Source: Leptospira sp. (GTDB taxonomy: Bacteria; Spirochaetota; Leptospiria; Leptospirales; Leptospiraceae). From it: a stretch of 64,000 nucleotides of DNA. Below the pieces are notes generated by a model that searched no databases, was not told the DNA's origin, and saw nothing but the letters and a program-made list of their open reading frames with translations. Of the stretch, positions 58,209 through 64,000 are shown piece after piece; position 1 is the first letter of the stretch; each line of letters starts with the position of its first letter. Both the position numbers and the translations under genes were made by a program. Where the stretch lies: positions 128,001-192,000 of the forward strand of contig JAWXAQ010000015.1 of the NCBI GenBank assembly GCA_034439575.1. The letters run 5' to 3'.

Positions 58209-60182
58209 TTAAACCGATGGTGTTGCTACGCGAGTAATCGCATAGACTGCTAAAATTAATATTGTCATAAAGAATCCAACACCACCAAACACGATGACGT
58301 TTGTGAATCTTTTTGGAACTTTACTTTCCTTTGAATACAAAACGACTAATGAACCCAAAAATGGGATTAACATCACACTCCAATAAGAAATATTAAACTT
58401 AATTTCCTTTGATCTATTTACCAAATCCAAAATAGCCATTCCCGTCCAAGCCGCAAAAATTGTAAATGGTAGTAGATATCCGATTATATGAAAAAACCAA
58501 GTTTTAAAAGTTCCTGGATAGTGATTACGCAATCCATTGGTAAAAACTTTTGATTCTTTTTGATACTTATCAATTTCTTGTTTTGTGATCGTTGGTAGAG
58601 TCGCCGTCTCGATTAGATATTTATTTGTTTCGTAAACATCGTGAGCTGGGACTATTTTTGATTCATTTTCTTTCGGCATATTAGTCTGATTAGGTGGTGC
58701 CGGTTGATTTTTGTACGAAGCCAATGTAAAATCACCCAGACTTGCTTGCACAAAAAGTCCAAGAAGACCAATGGTGGAGGACAAATCAGCTACCCAAGGA
58801 TAACGTAACTTTCCACAGCCTTGAAATGTTTCAAGCATTGGTGGGCTACTCACATTGTAATGATTGTTCTCAAAACAATTTCCCACATTGACAGGTCCGC
58901 TCAGAGCGATATCACCTCTTCCTGAAGAAAATACTTTATTATTTCTAATCACATTATTATTTGAAATCCATATATTTTCATCCAAATTCATTGCGACAAG
59001 AATTCCGTAATTATTGTGATTAAAAACGACGTTTCCTTCGACAATATTTTCCAACCCACCTAACAAACCTATTCCATTTCCAATGGAAGGAATTTCTAAT
59101 TTTTTAGATGGGGCTTCCAAATTATTGTTGTCATAAACTAAATTATTTTTAACAACAATGCTTTTTTGAGGAGGTAATAATTCTCGATCTAGTGTATTTG
59201 GTCCTATACCTAACTGGTTTTTTCTCCAGACAGAAGATAATAAATACAAATTACCACTTGCATTCGTTCCAGAATATCCGAGTGCATTATTTTCGGCGAT
59301 AACATCATTAACAATCGCATTACATGGATTACACTGCCCTATATATAATCCAGCATCTGGAGAACCAGAGCCATACGAATGTTCAATTAGACCGTCCACA
59401 GAATCGAATGCATAAATTCCATAATCACCATTATTATATGCCGTGAGATAGGAACCTCGATAACCTTTGACCCCCGTCCAATAAACACCATTCAAAGTAG
59501 CATTTCTGGTTGTTAGGTTTTCGACGGCAACTCCATCTGCACCAACGACCATCACACCATTCCCACGAAGAAATTCACCATCGATGATCGTTTCATTTCT
59601 ATCCTCACCCCGAATGATAAGAGAAGGAGTGGTCACGACAACTTCTTCTTTATAAACACCTTTCGCAATTAAGATCAAATCACCAGGCGAAGCGGCATCT
59701 ACAGCGTTTTGTATTGTTGGATACTGAGCGGGAACCTTTCGTGTTATACGTGACCAAGTTTTTGAAATCTTCGACTTAGCAATGTTTGACTGAGGACTAT
59801 ATGTAGCATCACCTATCACAGCTACACCCGTCATACCAATTTTTCCATCTGGAGAAGAATGAAAGGAACAAAAGAATGGATACACTCCATCTTCAGGAAA
59901 GAACACATCGGTTTGTGCCCCACGAAACATAGCAGACTGACCATAAGTTACTTCTGTTGACCATTTTTTATCAACAGCTATCGCATTATGTGGGTTATTT
60001 CCAATATTAACAAATCGGATCTTTCCACCTTTAAAAGTTTTGATCACAGGTGGACTGAAGGCATTGTCAGTCATCGTTACGTGAACAAAGGCAGAAGATG
60101 CAGGATCTTCTCCACTACATCCCATAACAAAGACCATTCCTATTGCTAAAAATATTAAATAAAATGAATGTTTTATTTTCAT
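58209..60182 (-). CDS. Cupredoxin + right-handed beta-helix + PLDc_N-like membrane fusion protein, probable lipoprotein
   Basis: Lipobox VMGC; PHNA...FFCSFH-x8-M type-1 Cu site; VP..YPTIQ.AVDAA.PGD.ILI..GVYKE beta-helix cap with Asn-rich repeats; 3 C-terminal TMs. Confidence 0.85.
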   Translation of the reverse strand: MKIKHSFYLIFLAIGMVFVMGCSGEDPASSAFVHVTMTDNAFSPPVIKTFKGGKIRFVNIGNNPHNAIAVDKKWSTEVTYGQSAMFRGAQTDVFFPEDGVYPFFCSFHSSPDGKIGMTGVAVIGDATYSPQSNIAKSKISKTWSRITRKVPAQYPTIQNAVDAASPGDLILIAKGVYKEEVVVTTPSLIIRGEDRNETIIDGEFLRGNGVMVVGADGVAVENLTTRNATLNGVYWTGVKGYRGSYLTAYNNGDYGIYAFDSVDGLIEHSYGSGSPDAGLYIGQCNPCNAIVNDVIAENNALGYSGTNASGNLYLLSSVWRKNQLGIGPNTLDRELLPPQKSIVVKNNLVYDNNNLEAPSKKLEIPSIGNGIGLLGGLENIVEGNVVFNHNNYGILVAMNLDENIWISNNNVIRNNKVFSSGRGDIALSGPVNVGNCFENNHYNVSSPPMLETFQGCGKLRYPWVADLSSTIGLLGLFVQASLGDFTLASYKNQPAPPNQTNMPKENESKIVPAHDVYETNKYLIETATLPTITKQEIDKYQKESKVFTNGLRNHYPGTFKTWFFHIIGYLLPFTIFAAWTGMAILDLVNRSKEIKFNISYWSVMLIPFLGSLVVLYSKESKVPKRFTNVIVFGGVGFFMTILILAVYAITRVATPSV

Positions 60183-60191
60183 GATTTTCCT

Positions 60192-60215
60192 AAATGTGAG
60201 GAAATCCTCATATTT
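60192..60215. promoter_or_regulatory. Putative TetR operator of the copper operon
   Basis: AAATGTGAGGA-aa-TCCTCATATTT, 11-bp arms with one mismatch, 9 nt upstream of the ATG at 60182. Confidence 0.7.
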
Positions 60216-60261
60216 TAAAGAATCCTAAAGAATAGGAAAAATATGTCAAATAATATTCGAA

Positions 60262-60894
60262 TTATTTTAAGGATCGGAAATAAATATCCAAAAAAATATT
60301 TAGTTCCTGAATCATTGCTTTTTTATGAGATTTGCTTAAATTTGGCTCTCGCATTAACGAACGGTAAACACCATCCACAGCTTCTACAGTTATCTTTGCT
60401 ACAACCAAAACCCTTTGTTTATTTAACTTCGGAAATAGAGGTAATAAAAGTTCCTTAACCAAAGATTTGGCAAAACGTTCGTTACTTTTAAAATCCAATT
60501 CCATTAAAAAGGGATTAGAATATACGATCGTTTGAACAAGAGGATATCCTTTATTTTCAGAAAGCGAAGTTTCAAAAGCTTCTAGAATTTCTTTTGTTAG
60601 ATTTGAGTCATATTTTTTAAATTTCTTAATTAAATACCTAATTTTCTCAAAAAAAGCATCATGCAAGCTAATATACGTTAATTCAGCCTGGGTATAAACA
60701 ATCGTTTCTTTATTTGGAAAAAATTGATACAATGAACCCACAGAAATGCCAGAGCGAACGGCGATGATATCAGTAGTTAGATTTTCATATCCGATTTCAC
60801 TTAACACATCAAAGGTTACGTCTAAAATCTTTTGAAATCTCTCCTGAGATCTTTTTTGTTTAGGTGCTTTTCTTGGGAAAAGTTTATTTTGCAT
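60262..60894 (-). CDS. TetR-family transcriptional regulator
   Basis: RKAPKQKRSQER..IL and TTDIIAVRSGISVGSLYQFFPNKE. Confidence 0.93.
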   Translation of the reverse strand: MQNKLFPRKAPKQKRSQERFQKILDVTFDVLSEIGYENLTTDIIAVRSGISVGSLYQFFPNKETIVYTQAELTYISLHDAFFEKIRYLIKKFKKYDSNLTKEILEAFETSLSENKGYPLVQTIVYSNPFLMELDFKSNERFAKSLVKELLLPLFPKLNKQRVLVVAKITVEAVDGVYRSLMREPNLSKSHKKAMIQELNIFLDIYFRSLK

Positions 60895-60922
60895 TTTTGA
60901 ATTAGAATTTCAAAAGATTATA

Positions 60923-61873
60923 TTACCAACTACCCGAACTGCCACCACCACCAAAACTTCCCCCACCGCCACTAAAACCTCCACTACTTCCGCCCGAAGA
61001 CCAACCTGAGCTTGAACCTGATGAAGATCCTCCACTAACAAATGATTCCCTCTCTTCCATTTTTTTGCGCCCGCTAGGTGTTAGGAGAAAATATAATTTG
61101 TAAAGACCTATGCCAATTACATAAATTAAAAATATGGAGACACCGATATTGACACCATGTAATGCGATAGGGAATAAACTCCAGAAAGGAAAAAGAAAAA
61201 AATAAATAAACCAACCTATATAAGGTGTCGTTGCCGCAACGTAAGTAAAAATCCCGAGCACAAAAACAACGAATAAGGATGCAAAAATACGTACTACAAT
61301 AGGAATATTTTCTCCACCTCCATCTAAGGCTCCAAAAAATGATAAGGGGCCAAGATAACTATAATCCTTTGGTGGAGGAATAAAATAAGTCCCACCAATT
61401 GCTCCTATAATGGAATCAATGCCAGCTGTGATTCCTGTTTCAAAGTCACCAGCCTTAAAATGGGGTTTTATTTCTGACTCAATGATACGGTGACACAAAA
61501 CATCCGTTAATACGCCTTCTAATCCGTAACCAACTTCAATGCGCAATTTGCGATCATCTTTTACTATAAGTAAAAGTACTCCGTTATCAGTATTTTTTTG
61601 ACCAAGTTTATTTTTTTCTGCAACTTTGAGTGAGAATTCTTCAATAGATTCGGCGTCTAAAGAGGAAATGATTAATATGGCAATTTGGTTAGTGGATGCT
61701 TTTTCAAAATCAGTCAATTTTGATTCTAGTTGTCTTTGGAATGATTCTGAGATAGTCCAAGTTTCATCAGTCACTCTGGCACGAAGGTTTGGAACATCTC
61801 GTGCATTTAAATTATAAAATGAAAATAGATAACAAGCAAGTGGCAGTAAGTAAAAAAATTTCTTTCTTTGCAT
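60923..61873 (-). CDS. TPM-domain (YgcG-like) membrane protein
   Basis: DNGVLLLI..DDRKLRIEVGYGLEGVLTD and a Gly-rich tail FSGGGGSFGGGGSSGSW. Confidence 0.92.
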   Translation of the reverse strand: MQRKKFFYLLPLACYLFSFYNLNARDVPNLRARVTDETWTISESFQRQLESKLTDFEKASTNQIAILIISSLDAESIEEFSLKVAEKNKLGQKNTDNGVLLLIVKDDRKLRIEVGYGLEGVLTDVLCHRIIESEIKPHFKAGDFETGITAGIDSIIGAIGGTYFIPPPKDYSYLGPLSFFGALDGGGENIPIVVRIFASLFVVFVLGIFTYVAATTPYIGWFIYFFLFPFWSLFPIALHGVNIGVSIFLIYVIGIGLYKLYFLLTPSGRKKMEERESFVSGGSSSGSSSGWSSGGSSGGFSGGGGSFGGGGSSGSW

Positions 61874-61936
61874 GGCTTTTGCAATAGAAGCCTATGCAAA
61901 GAATCTAAAAAAACAATCTTTTTTCCAAACTTAGAT

Positions 61937-63547
61937 TTAGTTTACCTTGTGCCTTGATGCTTGAGGATGATTTGATACTGGCACTAAATCTTCAAATCCA
62001 TGTATGTTTACCTTTCCTCCATTCAATTCATAATCTCTTTTGAAATCTTGCAAAAAATCAAACGCTGAAAATCCTACAAATTTAATATCTTCAAATTTGA
62101 TATCCACATTTCGACCAAAAGGAATACGATTTAACAGTCGTTTAAGCGAAATCATATTTGAAAAAATCAACGCCTTTTTTACATGAAATTGATATGCATG
62201 GTGGTCTTCTGTGATTCGAATATCAGAAAAAAACAAATTTTTTAATGGTACGCCAAAGGCAATTTGGATAATTATTTTTGCAAGGATACCACAAGCGACA
62301 CCAACTAACAAATCTTCAAAAACTGTAAAAAACACTGTCACCAAAAATACAACGATTTGATCCCAGCCTGTTTTATATGCATGAATGAATTGTTCTGGTG
62401 AAGCAAGTTTCACACCCACCATGATCAACACACCGGCCAATGCCGCGAGTGGGATTTGGTGAATCAGTCCAGGCAAAAATACGATAAACACCAATAAAAA
62501 CAATCCATGAAAAAAATTGGACCATCTTGTTTTGGCCCCATTACTTACGTTTGCTGAAGATCTCACAACTTCTGCAATGATTGGTAATCCACCAATCCAT
62601 CCGAGAAAAAAGTTTCCTATCCCTTTTGCGATAAGTTCTCTATTCATATTGGAATGTCTGTTATGTGGATCAACTTTATCAATGGCTGAAGCGGTTAAAA
62701 GTGATTCAATACTCGCAATTAAAGCGATGGTTACAACCATAAGCCAAAATCCACCTGTTCCTATGAGCCCAAAGTTTGGAAAAATTAGTCCTTCAGATAT
62801 ATGTTCGGGAAGATTAACCAAATTTTTTGGTCCGATTTCATAGGCATTGTTCATTAATGAGTATGTATGAGTTTCATCTAAATTAAAGATCATACCGAGT
62901 CCTACTCCAACTAACACAGCCATGAGTGGTGCGGGTAGTTTTTTAACAATAGGGTTTTTGATACGGCTGAGTATGATCAAAACAAGTATAGTTGAAATTC
63001 CAATAATACCGATCTCTGGATTTATTTTACTCAGACTCTGAGGCATCTCCAAAATCAATCCACTAATAGTTTTTGCTTGCGGTGTAATTCCAAGAGCAAC
63101 ATAGAACTGTTTTGAGATAATAATAATCCCAATTGCCGCCATCATACCATGTACAACTGAAATCGGAAAGTAGACCGTTAAGTTTCCTGATCGAATCAAT
63201 CCAAGTATGATTTGAATGGCTCCCGCGATCACAATCACTGCTAATGTATATTCAAATCCCAAACGATTATCGCCGCCACCGAGTACGGTTATAGAATGCA
63301 ATACAACTGCAATCAAACCAGCGGCCGGGCCATTTATTGTCACATAAGACCCGCTAAATAAGGATACGATGAGTCCACCTACGATTCCAGAAAACAAACC
63401 AGCCATAGGTGGTGCGCCAGAGGCTAAAGAAATGCCTAAGCATAATGGCAAAGCAATCAAAAAAACGATGAATCCGGAAAGTACATCCGACTTCCAGTTT
63501 TGTTTTAGTCCAGAAATCCCATCGAGTGGAATATTTTTTTGAGTCAT
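61937..63547 (-). CDS. SulP/SLC26 anion (possibly bicarbonate) transporter
   Basis: SGFIVFLIALPLCLGISLASG, IASIESLL and VVRSSAN motifs; STAS-like tail. Confidence 0.93.
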   Translation of the reverse strand: MTQKNIPLDGISGLKQNWKSDVLSGFIVFLIALPLCLGISLASGAPPMAGLFSGIVGGLIVSLFSGSYVTINGPAAGLIAVVLHSITVLGGGDNRLGFEYTLAVIVIAGAIQIILGLIRSGNLTVYFPISVVHGMMAAIGIIIISKQFYVALGITPQAKTISGLILEMPQSLSKINPEIGIIGISTILVLIILSRIKNPIVKKLPAPLMAVLVGVGLGMIFNLDETHTYSLMNNAYEIGPKNLVNLPEHISEGLIFPNFGLIGTGGFWLMVVTIALIASIESLLTASAIDKVDPHNRHSNMNRELIAKGIGNFFLGWIGGLPIIAEVVRSSANVSNGAKTRWSNFFHGLFLLVFIVFLPGLIHQIPLAALAGVLIMVGVKLASPEQFIHAYKTGWDQIVVFLVTVFFTVFEDLLVGVACGILAKIIIQIAFGVPLKNLFFSDIRITEDHHAYQFHVKKALIFSNMISLKRLLNRIPFGRNVDIKFEDIKFVGFSAFDFLQDFKRDYELNGGKVNIHGFEDLVPVSNHPQASRHKVN

Positions 63548-63567
63548 TTTTTTTCCTTTTGTTGCTT

Positions 63568-64000
63568 CTATTTATTTTGATTCTCAGAGCCAGATTCTAT
63601 GCTGATGATCTCTTGTGCTTTTTTCTTAAATTGATTTGGATTAATGCCTGTTTGTTTTTTAAATTCAAGATAAAAGGCTGATCTAGAACCAAACCCAGCC
63701 ATTTTCCCTATTTCGGCGACATTTAAATCAGATTGTTCTATTAATAACTTTTTTGAATCTTCAATTCTATGTTTATTCATCAATGTAGGAAAATTCATTT
63801 TATATTCAGAATTGATTATTTCACTTAACTGGTGATATGTAATTCCCATTAATTGGGCAACAGTTTCTTCACTGGAAGAAGGATCGAGATGTATTTTCTC
63901 AATTTGGATTAAGCTTTGTAGTTTATTTAAATGATAAGGAACATCTAAAATTTGATATATATTTTTCTGTTTAACAATTACTGATTTTCTTTTTTCCAAA
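63568..64000 (-). CDS. AraC-family regulator, C-terminal part (5' end outside the window)
   Basis: HQLSEIIN....NF...N..RI..SKKLL and AGFGSRSAFY..FKKQTG..P.QF. Confidence 0.9.
   Translation of the reverse strand, partial: LEKRKSVIVKQKNIYQILDVPYHLNKLQSLIQIEKIHLDPSSSEETVAQLMGITYHQLSEIINSEYKMNFPTLMNKHRIEDSKKLLIEQSDLNVAEIGKMAGFGSRSAFYLEFKKQTGINPNQFKKKAQEIISIESGSENQNK

Noticed and set aside
58209-60182. Calling the beta-helix protein NosD of a nitrous oxide reductase cluster
   Set aside because: There is no nosZ/F/Y/L nearby, and the cupredoxin and membrane fusions are not NosD architecture.
60925-61035. Gly/Ser-rich repetitive, GC-richer DNA
   Set aside because: This is the normal low-complexity C-terminal tail of TPM/YgcG proteins.
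768-62843. Numerous 60-145 aa ORFs nested in or antisense to called genes
   Set aside because: They have no recognisable motifs or RBS and overlap well-supported CDSs completely.

Overview
A gene-dense, AT-rich chromosomal segment that reads as Leptospira, probably a free-living or saprophyte-type species. This assignment is inferred from spirochaetal lipoboxes, a LipL45/FecR-type lipoprotein, an FG-GAP lipoprotein and the gene repertoire. I found no rRNA, tRNA, CRISPR array, transposase or integrase. Housekeeping genes include icd, trmB, rsgA (split by a frameshift in an A8 run), tpx, acyl-CoA dehydrogenase and eutBC. Accessory modules are: the end of an arsC-DUF6428-acr3 arsenic operon; an ArsR-SRPBCC pair next to an AT-rich gene with integron-cassette-like (attC-like) boundaries; a FecR-PEGA-TPR lipoprotein operon; an Mre11/SbcD-like nuclease with an SMC-like ATPase carrying a central transmembrane hairpin; a TonB-dependent uptake operon with four accessory lipoproteins, bracketed by a LytTR regulator and a LytS-type kinase; and a TetR-linked copper operon (cupredoxin/beta-helix/membrane fusion, small membrane paralog, type-C two-domain multicopper oxidase, SCO chaperone). 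The best candidates for an undescribed system are the copper operon, the LytTR/LytS-bracketed TonB operon and the solo cassette. Several candidate operator sites are directly visible. All family calls come from motif recognition by eye; no database searches were run.
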